64,000 nt of DNA from Cyanophora paradoxa CCMP329 (lineage: Eukaryota; Plantae; Glaucophyta). The DNA lies in the NCBI GenBank assembly GCA_004431415.1, contig QPMI01000054.1:1-64000 (forward strand), read 5' to 3'. Below, one piece after another: positions 29,091-42,619 of the stretch. Under the pieces are notes generated by a model. The model was not told the DNA's origin, made no database searches, and saw nothing but the letters and a program-made list of their open reading frames with translations. Every line of letters starts with the position of its first letter. Position 1 is the stretch's first letter. Both the position numbers and the translations under genes were made by a program.

Positions 29091-30689
29091 CGAGGCTCCG
29101 TCCCGCTTGGCGAGCCGCGCCGACCGCTGCCCGACCGCCCCGCCCGTCATATGCATGGCGCCGGCCTCGCGTCGCGCAGCCGGCCGCTGCGCACTCCCGC
29201 GTGCCGCGCCTGGGCCGGCCGCGGGTTAGCTGAGCAGCTAGTGCCGCGCGGGCCAGGCGCGGGGACCGTCGGACACGGGAGCTCGAGTGCGGTGGCGCGC
29301 GCGGCTCGCGCGCCGGCAGAGCGGAGCGCGCGCGCGGCGCGACGCCCTGCGGCCGGCCGCGCGCGGAGGCGCGGCGGGCGGCGCGCGGCGCGATTATGCT
29401 TAGCTGCGCTCTACAAGCAGTGCATGCTGCCGCAGTGCAGTGCAGTTGTAGGCTGGCACATCGCGGTTGCGTGGGCGGCAAGTCGTCGGCGGCAAGCTTG
29501 CGCGGGATACAGCAAAAAGAGACGTCCGGCGGCGCCGGCCTTATCCACAGCGGGGTACCACAAAAAGACTTATCGCCGACGGAAAAAAGACCGACTTGCA
29601 AACTGGCCGACTTGGACAGCGTGACAGACAATCCGACGGGTAGCAAGGGGGGTTTGAGCAGCTGACCCCCCCTTGCAATATACTAGCCCCCTATAGCTAG
29701 GCCTCGAGCGGCTCGAGGCTCGAGCTCGGCGCTCGCCTCGGCTCGAGCCGACCGGCTTGGCTCGAGCCGGCCCAGCTCGAGCCCCATCTACGTATACGTA
29801 GCAACTTGGTCCGCAAGCTCAGATGCATTCTTCAAGCTTAAGTTTCGAATCGCCGAATCGGCGCCTCATCAAACTCAGATCTATAGCTAGAGGCGGGTGG
29901 TTAGTTAGGCGTTTGCCCACCGGTACCGGTACTTATTCGATTCTGAAAGACGTGGACAAATTAAAGTTTTAATGAGTTGCTGCCACTTGCTGCAAGGCAT
30001 GCGCCAAGGCTGCCAGCTGCAGGCTGGGTCGGCGCCGCAGCCGGCGTGGTGGCGCCGGCGCCATGGCCAAGCTTAAGCTTAAGGCCGGCGCTCCATACAG
30101 GCAGCGTTATAGTGTACCCCAATTGAGCACAATTAGGAGGGGAGCGGATAAAGTTAATTTATTAGACAAATGGGTTGAGATATATTTCTTGTCATTATTG
30201 AATTAACATCACGCGTGCACGCACCGTGGCGCCGGCGCCGCGCGCGGCGCCGCGCGCGCGCGGCCGGGCCCGGCGCGCGCCGCGGGCCGCGGCGCGCGGG
30301 CCGCCCGGCAAGCTGCCGCAAGCAGCACGTTGCAAGCAGCACGTTGCGTATCCATATGCATATGCAATGATGTGCATGCGCGCACGAGGAAGACAGGGCA
30401 TTGGCGTTCCTGGATGATCATGACAGTTCGTTCGCGCGCTGATCGATATCATAATCATGAACGCATTTGGCTTTATGCCATGGCCATGATCTGCAGCTGC
30501 GGCCTCAAGCTTCTAATTCTTTCTATGCGCAGTGAACTATGTGTGTGGAGTTTGTGGCCAGCTGCTGCCGCAGTATACTCATACGTACTAGTCCTTATCA
30601 CAGCACACGTGTATATCATGTACGCTCACACGCACACGCACATGCATCTGTGCGTGCGAGGCAGCTGTGCACCGCACTCTTTCTTTTCA

Positions 30690-33600
30690 GCTGTATGGGG
30701 ATTTGGCGGATGTGCAGTCTCGCGCAGTCAACGTCCCAAGGAGTAGGTGCGCATCGCTGATCTGTCGCGATCGGTTGACGTAGAATATGCTTGTAACGAA
30801 TGCATCTTCCTCATCATCGATTTCGCCCGCGCAGGCTCGGCGGGGAGCGTTCGCGTTCTGTCCTTTTCGCCGGCGGCGGGGCCGGCGGGCTCCGCGCTCG
30901 ACTTCACGGCGTCGGGCGTCGAGGGCCTCGTCGGCCAGGGCGCCTCCTTCGAGTGCGTCTTCGACTGGGCCGCCTCCCCCGCGACCGTCGACGCCTCCGG
31001 CCGCGGCTCCTGCGCCGTGCCCCCGCTGGACTCCGCCCGCGAGTACCCCTTCGGCCTCCGGCGGCGCGCGGCGCTCGCGAGCTCGACCGGTACCTCGACC
31101 GCGGCGACGAGCGCGAGCGCCGAAATCGCGTGGGCCTCCACTGGTTTCACCCGTGCGCATGCGGCATACCTTCAGCTTCTAATTAATATACACGCCTTCT
31201 GTTGATGGCCCATTTAATTCCTTCACGTCACCAGTGACTGGGAGACTCCCGCCGGCTGCCTTAGTCGAAGGCTCGCACATCGCCCTCTCGGAGGCGGGCG
31301 GGCGGGGCTGGGCCCTGCACACCTTCTCGCCCCTCCAGTACGGGGGCGGCGCCGGCCGCACGTCACTCCTGGAGTCCTCGGCCGCGCTGGCCCCGGGCCG
31401 CCTCGCTTTCTCCGTCTCTCGCGCCCGCCTCCTGTCCACGCAGTACGCGTGGGACTCCCGAGCGCTCGAGGTGAGGGGGGCGAGATCCGACAAATCTGAA
31501 TCATTTCACGCGAAGCTTTCACGCGAAGCTCGCTTGCTGACGGTGGAGTTCGTTCGGCTCTCCTTCCGCAGCTGAACGTATGGTCCCTCGACGTGCAGCT
31601 GCAGAGGGTCCAGGCCGTCCCCGCGCCCCCCAGCACAGCGAAGCCCCCCGCCGTCGCGCCCGTCTCCGGCGCCTTCGCGGGCCCCCTCGCCGCCGTCGCG
31701 TTCGGCCTGCAGGAGCCGGCGACGTCGACGTCGGCCGGGGCCTCCGGGTCGGGGTCGAGCTCGGCGGTGGCGTACGCGCTCGGGGCGCGGTGCGGGGACG
31801 CGGCATGCAGCGCCTCCCTCTCCGCCCCCGGCGTCCTCTCCGTCGACTCGGGCACGGGCGCCGTCCTCGCCCAGGCCTCCCTCGCGGCCCTGCAGCAGGA
31901 CGCGGACCTCTTCCCCGTCCTCGGCGGCCTCGCCGTCGACGCCGCCTCCGGCGCGGCGTACGCGCTCGTGCAGCAGGCGCCGCGCGGCTCGGCGGCCGCG
32001 GGGCAGCGCCTCGTCGTCGCCGTCGACCTCGCGACGGGGGCGGTGCGCTCGCGGGCGGCGCTGCGGGCGCAGTCGGAGGGCGTGGACGGGCTCGTGTGGG
32101 ACCTGCGCGCCTCGCGCCCGGGATCCTCGTTCTCGCTGCTCGCGGTGGGCGGGCCCCGCAGCCCCACCGAGGGCTCCTGCGCCGGCCTCTGCGTCGTCTC
32201 CATCGACCCCGCCTCCGGCGTGGGTGCGCATGTTGCCTTGATTGCAATTGCGTTTTTATGATAGTTAGCCGTCGCTGTGCATGCCGACGCTCTCCTGAAA
32301 CCTTCAGCTTGCATTGTAACTTCGTGTGCGCGCCGCTTCCGCAGTCACGAAAGTGTCGGACATGCAGAGCGGCTCGTCGTCGGCGGACGACGCTCGCAGG
32401 GAGGCGACGCTCTTCGCCGCCGCCCTCGACCCGCTGCGCGGCGCCCTCCTCGTGCCGCGGCCCGGCGGCGCGCGCATGCCCTCCGGCGGCCGCGTGCACT
32501 TCGCGTACGGCCCGGACGCGCCCCCCGACCTCCCGCTCGATTTCAGCCCCAAGATGCTCATCAACACCTTGGAAGGTGCTGCCATCGTGCTGCTATCGGT
32601 TCAGCAACGGCGAAATTCCAAACTCGGTGCTATTTTCGCAGACTCGGTGGCGGTGCTCAGCGTCGCCCCGCGCGTAGGGTGGACGACGGAGAACACGACC
32701 GTTCTCGCCCTCGTCGACTTCGTCCGCCCGTGGCCGCTCGGGGTCGACTGCGCCTTCGGCGAGCGGCGCACGGCCGCCTCGGTCCTCAACGCCTCCTACG
32801 TCGCCTGCCGGGCCCCGCCCTCCCCGCCCGGCCCTGCGGCGTTCGCCCTCTACGTGCAGGGCCGGCGCGCCTCCGGAGACTTCTCGTTCCTCTACGAGAC
32901 CCCGCCCCGTGCGCCCTCTATTGAAATTATCGCGAGCGGTTTAATTCAAAATTGAACGCGAGCGCGAATCTACGTGGTCCGCAGCGGTCTACGTGGTGGT
33001 GGCTCTGCCGGCGACGCACACGGCCACGCTCCCCAGGGAGGAGATCGTCGTGGATGCCTCCGGCTCCTACGTGACGGAGGCCGGCGCCGCCCGCTCGTGC
33101 GCCTGGTCCCAGGTGATTATGTTTGATTATATTACACAACCTGCACCGCGTTTTCCTTCAATTCGGAGTTCGAATTCGCTGAATCGGAATCTTGTCGTGG
33201 CCAGGCTGCCGGCTCGCGGCCCTTGCGGCTTGTGCCCGTCCCCGCGAACTGCTCGGTCCGCGTTATCCGGCCGTCGGCCGGGACGTGGCAGCTCTCTCTT
33301 GTCGTCTCCGATGGATTAGGTTAGTAGTTACCACCGCAATGAAAATAAACCGGTGACGGCCACATGAATGTGATTGACGTTGCGCAGGGAACTCGAAAAC
33401 TGCCGTCACGACGCTGACGGTCAACCCGCCCCCGAGTGCGTGACGCGAGTGCAAAAGCACCCGTCTGGAATACTCGAATCGACCGGTATTGTTTTTAACA
33501 TCTTGACTTGGCTGCTCGCCCGCAGCATTCGCGGTGTCGATTCGGCTCGACACGGACTTCGCCACGTTCTCGAGCCAGTACCCGTCCCTCGAGGACGGCA

Positions 33601-35658
33601 GGCTGCAGGCGAAGCTCGGCTCCGCCCTCGCCGTCCAGTCCAGCCAGGCGAGCGCTTCAATCTTCGCGCGCTGCGCTCTTTGCTTTCGCGATATTAAAAT
33701 TCACCGAGTCGGTCGATCTTGACACGTCTTCTCAGGTTTTCGGGCTGAACATTCGGCCGGGGAGCGTTCTCATGTCCTTCCGAGTCGCGCCCTTGGTCAC
33801 AGAAGACTCCACCGCGTTGAAGGCCCGGTTGGACACCTTGCAGGTCAGACCGCCCATCGCTCTGCTTGATCTTCTGTCTCGCACCATTTCTGGAATTGCA
33901 ATTTCATTTTCATTCGGTTCGATTCGACTCGACAGACTTCCGATGGCATCCAGCGGATTGCTTCCGAGTTCCAGCTCCCTTCCGGGAGTGTGACTGCTTC
34001 TGTCGCCGAGGCAGCCGTTGTGGGTGCGGCCTCAAAGCAGCCCATCATGATCATCGAAGTCGACGATTTCTTTGCGCCGGTCCACGCCTGACCTCCGATC
34101 CGCGCGCCGCAGAGCAATCAACGCCCATCGTCTCCGCGCCCCAGGCGCTCTCCATCCGCCAGCGCAACGAGACGGCCGTCGTCCGTGGGGCCGCGCGCGA
34201 CGACCTCGTCTCGATCGCGCTCCAGCAATGGACGCAGAGCGAGGGGCCGGCGCCCGTGAGCCTGCCGGCCTCGGGGGCCTCGTTCGTGTTCCCGGCGGAC
34301 ATGCCCGAGGGCGCCTACGCCTTCTCCTTCCTCGCCGTCAACCGCCTCAACGCCGAGGCGTCGGCTAGCACGCTCATCATCGTCCAGTACCAGCGGCCCG
34401 TGCGCCCCATCGCGATCGAATTTGGCTCCGCAATCGTTTGTGAGGAGATTCGTTTCTGAAACGCTCGCGATCGCAGGTGGATGTGCAGGCGGTGGCAGAG
34501 GGCAACAGCGTCGGGCAGACCGTCACCACGGTGCGGTAATAATTGTTTTTCTCCTCCCTCGTGATTGATAAAGAGACAGAAGAAGCAGCAGTAGTGCGCA
34601 TGCTAGCGTTGCTCGCCGAGTCTAATCTGTTCCGCAGGTCGTGGCGGTCACCATCGGCGCGGCGGTCACAGCGAGCGTGGCCACTGCCGTCGCGGCGTCC
34701 ATAGCGACGGCTGCAGGTTCGCGCTTCGCTTAAGCTTTTTGCGAGCGTGCATTCGTGCGTAGGAGCGTAGCTAAATTTCCCCCTGCAGCTGCATCCGTGG
34801 CCACAGCAGCAGCGGCCTCCGTCTCGACAGCTGTGGCGGCAAGCGCCGCCTCGGCTGTTGTAGGGTGCGCTATAATATTAATATTGTTTCGCGGAGTTTT
34901 GTTTTTGACGTCCAGCGGCCGATACGAACGCGCTCGCAGGTCTACGGCGGGGGCGGCAGTCACCTCGGCGGGAGCCGCTGCGGCATCTAGTGCGGCCGCA
35001 GCGGCCGCAAGCGGCGCAACCGCTGCCGGGGCCGGCACAGGAGCTTCGATGGCGGGCGCGGGGACGACGTTTGGCTTCGGCGGCTCTGCGATGGGCGCCG
35101 GCGGAGTCGGCCCTATTTCTGGAGGAAGTGTCGTCAGCACCGGGTTCGGCGCCGGCGCCGGCGCGACGGGTGCCGGAGCCGGAGCCGGGGCCGGCGCCGG
35201 GGCCGGGGCTGGGGCCGGTGCCGGAGCTGGCGCGGGGGCCGGCGCCGGCGGAGCTGCGGGAGGGGCCGGCGGCGCCGCTGGCGGCGCCGCTGGCGGCGCC
35301 GGAGGTGCCGCCGGGGCGCAGGAGGAGCCGCGGGAGGGGCCGGCGGAGCCGCCGGCGGTGCGGGGGAGCCGGCGCGGGCGCGGGAGGCGGCGCTGCAGGC
35401 GGCGGCGCCGGCGCTGGTGGGGCTGGAGGAGGCGCGGCCGGCGGCGGAGCGGGCGGCGCAGGCGGGGCGGGCGGTGCGGGCGGAGGAGCCGGGGCTGGCA
35501 CCTCCGCGACGGCTTCTGGCGGCGGAGGCGGGGCCGGGGCCGGCGGCGGGTCTGCCGCAACGGCGCAGACGGCCGGAGGCGGCGGCGGAGGCGGAGGAGC
35601 GGGCGGAGGCGGCGGCGGCGGAGGCGGCGGCGGCGGAGGCGGAGGCGGAGGCGGCGGC

Positions 35659-35714
<56 letters not shown>

Positions 35715-38700
35715 AGGCGGGGTGGCTCGGCGTCGACGTCTGGCCCCGCGCAAGCTCAAGCGGCCACCGACAAGGGCTCTTCTGGCCAAGCTGGCAGCAG
35801 CGCGCAGCCGGCGTCAAGCCAGCAGGCGTCGTCTGCGCCGCAGCACACGCAAGGAGGCTCGCAACAGGCATCGGCCCCAGCGCAGCAGGCGGCCGGCGGG
35901 CAGGGCCCGCAGCCGGCGCAAGGGCCCGGAGGGCCCGCGGCAGACGCCTCGCACGGGCACCGGGACGCGGGGGCGGTGGCGGAGACGGGGCGGGGCGGGG
36001 GCGGGGAGGGGCTGGAGGGGGCGACGTGACGGAGCGGAAGGAGATCGACGTGGACGACCGGCGCAAGTCCATCCGCCGCCTCTCGAAGGACATGGCCGAC
36101 CTCAACATCGACGGCACCCGCGGCGCCCGCGACGCCGGCGACGCCGGCGCCAGCGGAGGCGCAGTCAGCGCGCGGCTGGCCGCCGATCCCGCGGCCGATC
36201 GCGAGGGCCGCTCGCGGTCGCGCCCCGCCTCCAACCGGTCCATGAAGTCCGCCCGCGACGGCTCCGGAGGGGGGCCGAGGCTCACCGGCAACAGCCTGCA
36301 CGCGCGGAGCGCAAGCCGCGGCTCAGCGCGGTGGGGCGGCTTCAACGGCGCCGTCGAGCCGGAGGCCGCGTCGGGGCCCGCTGAGGTCGAGTCGAGGCCG
36401 CTCACGGCCCGCTCGTTCCGCCAGCGAGTCGAGATCGTCATTTCCGGTGCAGGTGTGTGCATGTTTGGTTTTTTGTTTGCATTATTCAATGCCTCATCAA
36501 GAGTAACTCTAACGTTAACTGCCCGCCAGGCCCGACTGCCGCGGGCCCGGAGGAGGCGCCGGCGGCGCGGACGCCGCTGCCCGCCCTGCCGCCCGTCTTC
36601 GCGCTGCCCACGCACGCCGCCCGCGTCGTAGTCGGCGACGACGACGATGGCGAGGAGGAGAAGGAGCCGAAGGAGAAGCCGGCGGGGAAGGCCGCGGGCG
36701 GCAGCGTCGATTTGAGCTTAAGCGTCAACAGGGGCAACGTGTCGGACGGGAAGGCGAGCTCGCGGCCCGACTCGGCGCGCTCGGCGGGGACGACGCGCAG
36801 CGAGAAGATCAAGCAGGCCGGAAAGGTCCTCGCCGCCGGCGGCGGCAAGATCCTGGTGCCCCCGTTTCCTCTCTAATTTGAATCCGAGCGGCGCGCTCCG
36901 ATCGCGACAAGAAGCTAAGCCGCGCGGGGCAGAACATGCTGCAGCACCTGAGCTTCCTGGCCTCGATCTCCTTCGTGGGGGGCGACGTCGTCCCCGACGC
37001 CTACGCCGGCATGAGCGACGCCCTCAGTGCGAATCTTGAAATCTTAGAATTTCGAGTAGACGTTTGCACGTCGCGCTCGGCTGACGGGCCGCCCTGGATC
37101 CTTAAATTTGAACTCAACCTGGATCCTTCGAGTTTATTTCGAGTTTAAACTCACAAGTCGGGCTCGGCTGACGGGCCGCCCTGGGTGCAGGCTGGACGCT
37201 GATGATGCCGACGGCGCCGCCGTGGGCGGGGGTCCTCGTGAGGCGCACCTGCCAGGAGTTCTACGAGCCCGCCTGCGAGTGCGACATCGAAGCTCAATTG
37301 CAAGCCGCGTTTCGGCTCGCGATCGCTCACGGCCGCTCTCGCGGCAGCAACCCGCCGGCGAGCCTGGAGAAGTGGCCGAAGAACTCGCGGGCGGGCGCCG
37401 TCCTCCAGTTCACCACCGTCCTCTTCTGGGCCCTGGGCGGCGCCGCCGTCCTCCGCCTCGCCTGGCACGCCGCCGCCCTGCCCCTCTGGCGCCGCCTCAC
37501 GCGGGGCCGCCCCATGCCCCGCGAGTGGAACGCCCGCAAGTTCGAGATCATGGCGCGCCGCCCTATATCGAATTCCCCGCACATCTTTCTGCTCTCTGAT
37601 CGTGAACTCCGCCGCCCGGCAGCTGGCGCTGTTCTCGCTGAACGGGGTGATGCTCCAGACGGGGCGCGCCCTCGCCCTGCTCCACCCCGTCTGGACGACG
37701 GCCGCCGCCGCCGCCCTCGCCGGCGCCCTCGCCCTCCTCGCTCTTGCCGCCCTTGCCATCGTCCTTAACATCAGACGCCGCTGCCTCATCGTCTTCGAGG
37801 TCCCCCGCCCTCCCCATTCGTCCCTGTCCAGACTAGAGCTAGAGCTAACAATTTGCGGCCCGCCCCTTTTCGCAGAAAACGGGGCAGAGCATGCGGCGGC
37901 GGCTGCGCGCGAGCCTCGCGTCGCTGGTCAAGCAGGCCCGCGAGGCCGGAGGCGGCGAGGCCGGCGCCGGCGCCGGCGGGCGGCTCGGGATCGGCCCCCG
38001 AGTGCGGGCGCGGCTGCGGGAGGCGCTGAGGCGGCTGCGGGAGCTCGAGGGGGCGCGGGACCCGCGCGCTCTGGCGAGGGCCGTCGCGGGGCTCCCGCTG
38101 GGGGCGCTGGGGCTCCTCGGGGGCGCCTTCGTCGTGCTCGGGAAGGTCGCCACGAGGATCGAGACCTTCGCGGACCGCGGGCGGTGGAAGGCCCCCGCCG
38201 ACGTGCGCCGAACTTTATATAACTGTGTTCAATTACAATCTCTAATCCCTCTTCTTATAAAGGAGGGGGAGGACTTCATGGAGAAGCACTCGCCCCTCTT
38301 CGAGCTCTACGCCTACAAGCGCCTCGTGCGCGAGAGCGTCCCGCCTCCTCCGCCCACATCGAAGCCGATGCCCCGCGCCCCGCGCCGAATTGAAGCCGAC
38401 GCCCCGCGCCCCGCGCCCCGCGCAGGCGTACCTCGCCGGCATCGAGGACCTCTTCCGCAAGATCCTCAGCGCCCTCATCCTCGGTCCGCTCAGCTTCGCG
38501 TTGCTAATACATTTTCGGTGAATATTCTCAAGCCCCTCGCGTCGCCGGCGCAGGGGCGTTCAGCGCGGGGTCGGGGTCGGCGACGACGCTGCAGCTGGGC
38601 CTGCTCCTCGGCGTCTCGGCCTCCCACTTCGCCTTCATCCTCGCCTCCCGCCCCTGCATCGACCACGTCGAGACCGTCACCCAGGCCCGCCCCCCGGGCC

Positions 38701-40160
38701 CCAGCGCTTTCTCAAGACTTTAACTTTAGAGAGCCTATTCCTCGGCTGATTGTATTCTTTGCAGAGTTTGGCGACGGGGATCGAGCTGGGGATCTTCTCC
38801 GTCCTGCTCGCCATCAACATCGACCCGACCCGCAAGGAGGGCCTCGGCAAGCGTGCGCGCCCCCAGGCCACCCCCCTCCCCGCCCCACAATACGTATACG
38901 TATACGGGGCGCTTCGTATACGGGGCGCAGTGCTGCTGTATCTGAACATGGGGACGACCTTCCTCCTCATCGGGAACCAGATGCGCGCCTTCCTCGCCAT
39001 GTTTGCTGTGCGCCCCAAATTAAAACATTTGAATTTGATCGCTCGCTCCCGGCTCGATCGAATTCTTCGCTTCGGAATTCGCTGACGCGGCCCTGCGCAT
39101 GCAGTCGCTGCCGGCGCTCGGAACCAAGATAAAGCGGTGGTGGCTGCGGCGCACGCGCCGCTGGAAGATCTTCAAGAGCCGCCTCGCCCTCGCCAGCCCC
39201 GTCCTGTCTTCGAAGGTGCGCGCGGGCGCCCCAGCCTTGGCTCGACTCTAGATCTGCTCACCGACCGGCGTCGACTTTCGCAGGCGAGGGGCGGGGCGAA
39301 GAAGAAGCGGAAGAAAGGCGCGAAGAGCGTCCGCATCGCCGGCGACTTCGACGTCGACGAGGAGGCGGCCGACGACGAGGGGCGGGGCCCGCGGCGGGGC
39401 CGCCGGGAGCCCGAGACGGGGACGGAGGGCCCGAGCGCGAGCGCGAGCGGGTACGAGTCGGCGCGGTGGTCGGAGGCGGCGTCGGCGGCGGGGACGGAGG
39501 CGGCGCGGGACGAGCGGACGGCGGAGTGGGTCATGGAGGACCTGGACGCCGACGACCCGTACCGCTCCGCCGCCGAGCCGGCCGCGACCGACCGCGACCC
39601 GGCCACGCCGTCGGCGGCGGCGGCTTCGGCGCGCACGCCGGCGGCGCTCGCGATCGCCGTCACCGCCGCGGAGGGGGAGACGCCGGGGCGGCCGGGGGCG
39701 TCGGCGCCGGCGCTGACCGCCCGCTCGCTGCGGTCCGTGCGGCTGCCGCCCCTCGCCGCCGAGCGGCGGAGCGCCCTGCCGCTGCCGCTGGGCGCCATGC
39801 CGGGCAGCGCCAGCGAGGGGGACGACGAGGCAGCAGCCGCCTACGCGGCGGCCGCGGAGGAGTCGCGCCGCTCGCGGGCGACGCGGAGCCAGCGGTCGCG
39901 CGGCCGCCGGGCCGCAGCCGCGCGCCCTCGGCCGCGGGGGACGACGAGGGCGAGGGGGCCCGGAGCCCTCCCGCCCGCTCACGGTGCGCACCGCGTGGAG
40001 CGAGGCGCCCTCGGGCGAGGCGCCGGCGCCGGCGCCGGCCAGCCTCAGCGCAAGCCGGACCCCGTCGGCGGCGCCGAGCGGGCGCTCCGGGCCCCCCACG
40101 AGGACGCCGTCGCGGGCCCCCTCGGACGACGGGAGCGACATCCCCGAGGAGGAGGCGTAG
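30690..40160 (+). CDS. Large multi-exon membrane protein: IPT/TIG- and PKD/REJ-like ectodomain, Ala/Gly-rich linker, multi-pass TM C-terminal region
   Basis: Exons VLSFSPAAGPAGS..FECVF, VLSVAPRVGWT..DCAFG..VACRAP, IVVDASGSY, WTQSEGP...YAFSF, VAVTIGAAVTASVATAV, LQHLSFLASI..PDAYAGMSDALSW, then several TM exons. Start and exact exon model uncertain. Confidence 0.65.
35575..35722 (+). repeat. (GGC)n poly-Gly trinucleotide tract inside the membrane-protein gene
   Basis: Long ggc/gga run within a Gly/Ala-rich exon. Confidence 0.85.
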
Positions 40161-40597
40161 CACCCGCGCACGCGGCGGGCGCCCTCGAGCTCGCGCAGTC
40201 GACCGACGGCCGACGTCGGACGATGATGCATATGCATGTGACGTCGATGTCCCGGATATCGATGGGGGGATCTAGGAGGCGGCAAACTTATTTCTAACAC
40301 TGAATTTCTATTTCGTTCTATGCTTTTTGCGTATTGTGTTATCGACCATATTTATAATCTTACATAACGTATAAATTTACTCGTTCACCCTTAAGCTTGC
40401 TTCGTTAAAGTATCTCCTTTGCGAGCTAAAGAATGTTGATCGTATTAAGGCTTTTGTACTATCACTGATTCACTGAATCGCTGTACTTGAATACGAATCT
40501 AGAAATGAATTTTGCAATTTGTAATCACTGATCGTGAATCGCTGTATTTGCAATATGAATCGATGATTCCAGATATGAACATATGCATTATATAATT

Positions 40598-40770
40598 AAC
40601 GTTGACTGCGCCGATCGGTAGCACTTTGCACATTAATATTGTATACGTGGCCGATCACATTATTGTTTAATCTCAAGACTCATATGCATGTGGGTTCCAT
40701 GCCGTCAACGTTGACTGCGCCGATCGGTAGTGCTTTGCACATTGTATACGTGGCCTTTATTGTTTAATAT
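40598..40770 (+). repeat. Imperfect ~65-70-bp direct repeat in AT-rich intergenic DNA
   Basis: aacgttgactgcgccgatcggtag..tttgcacatt..gtatacgtggcc..ttattgtttaat at 40598 and 40707. Confidence 0.8.
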
Positions 40771-41189
40771 CATGATCCATGTTTTTATTTTTTTGGACAC
40801 GTTGTGGGGGATCCATGTATACCTTTGAAACTGTACATGCCATGATGTGAGTTACGGAATGCATATGCATGCGCATGCGAGCGACTCGGCGAATTAATAT
40901 TAATGCGGACTGTATACGTAGTGCACGTAGTGATTACTCCAGCTCACTGGTTCAGTCAGGAAGCGACGAATTGAAGTTGATTACAGGCCGCTATCCGGGA
41001 TTGAGTCGATATCATGGACCAGATCAATATCTCAATATTGATCCCTGCCAGAAGCGAAGCCAGATCTAGAGCTCTACAGATAGATCCTTAAGCTTCTACT
41101 GTCTTGCACCTGATCATGATTGATCATGAGTCGGACAAGATAGCTCTACGATAAGCACACCGCTCAAACAAAATTCAAAGAGCTGTTAA

Positions 41190-42500
41190 TACAATTGCTC
41201 ATCGACTCGGGCCGGCCCCGCGGGTGAAAGGGTCGTAAGGACGGGTGGGACGGGCGAGCGGCCGCGGGCCGCCGGGAGGCAGGTAGGGGCGCGTGGGGCG
41301 GGGGACAGAGGCGACGCGCGCGGCTGCGGGAGCGGCTGCTTGAGCGGCAGCAGGCCCCGCGCTTCCGTTGGAGCTCGAGGGCTCTGGATCCGAAACGAAG
41401 GTCGCGGCCACGGCTGCGGGGGCCGGGAGGGCAGGCGGCGCGGGGGCAGAGGCGGCCGGCGCCACGGAAGGGCCCGCGGGCGCCAGTGGAGCGGAGCTCG
41501 AGGCGGCGGAAGGGCCGGCCACAGGATGCATTTCCGCAGCTGATGTCGAGATGCCAGAGGGGCCGGCAGCCGCGAAGGGGTCGCGGCACGTCGGGCAGGT
41601 GGCCGACGCCCCCGCCTTCGCTCGCCACGTGTCAATGCACAGCGCGCAGAAGCAGTCCTGATCTGCAGAGGCGTCAGTGAGGCGATATTGATCATGACCA
41701 TTATCGCAATCAATGCACGGCCGCAGGAGAAGAGAACGGTGGAGGAGCTGGCGCCGGCGGCAGCGCCCAGGGGCTCGTAGCAGATGGCGCACTCGCCCTC
41801 CTCCCCCGCAGGGCCGGCCGCGTCCACGCCGACGCCGACGCCGGGCGCGGGTGCAGGCGGCGCGGTGCGGCCGCTGCTTCCAACGTCACCGCCCCCAGTC
41901 GGCGCGGCGCCGGTGTGGGCGAACCTGCCCAAGCGACTGAGGGCACACGGACTCGAGGAACCGGCGATCATGATCAGTGTTCCGCACCGGCACCGAGCGC
42001 CGAACGCGCAGGAGCCCCGCGCGTAGTGCCTGCAGGGTGGCTGCCTGGAAGGGCCGGCAGCTGCGTCGGCCGCGACGGCGGGGTCGGGGGCAGCGCTAGC
42101 GCTGGTCGTGGGGCGTGGATCATGAGCCCCCTCGCGTCGCGAATGCTCGACCTCCGCCCCCTCCTCCCGCTGCGCATGTCCCTGTTCTTCTTGGTCTACG
42201 CGCCCTTGCAACTGGTCGTCCTCTGCCGCATCCATTCCAGCCCCCCGCCGCGAGCGCATAGAGCTCTCTGCCTTCTGCCGCTCCTGCTGCACCCTGCCGT
42301 TCGAATTCTCTGAGAAGGGGAAATGCACGCACTGATCATGAGAAACACGACAACGTACTTTGCGAGCAGCTCGCGATCAGTCCCGCCGTCCGAGGCGGCG
42401 AGCTCGCGCTCCCAGGCCTCGGCCTCCCGGACGGCCGCCTCCAAGTCGCCCGCCCCCGCCACGCACTCTGCGCCGGACACGATCATGAGATGCGGGCAAA
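41190..42500 (-). CDS. CCCH zinc finger + RING finger protein (makorin-like arrangement), 3' exons
   Basis: CRHYARGSCAFGARCR|FAH and ECAICYEPL...FSCG|H.CFCALCIDTWR...CPTCR, both across introns. Confidence 0.75.
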
Positions 42501-42619
42501 GCAAGGAAGGACGGCTTTGAAGCGCGCACGAATGCGGAGCAGGCGTGCCACGGTGTCCTCTGGAGAACGCTGCACGTTAACAGTAAAAAGTCAACGTCAT
42601 TACTGATTTTAATACAAGG

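Noticed and set aside
28162-29233. Long ORFs in several frames across the minisatellite
   Set aside because: They arise from a stop-free GC repeat and translate to periodic sequence.
29643-29690. Helitron 3' end (hairpin plus CTAG)
   Set aside because: CTAG is not followed by T, no 5' TC end or RepHel gene was identified, and CTAG is locally common.
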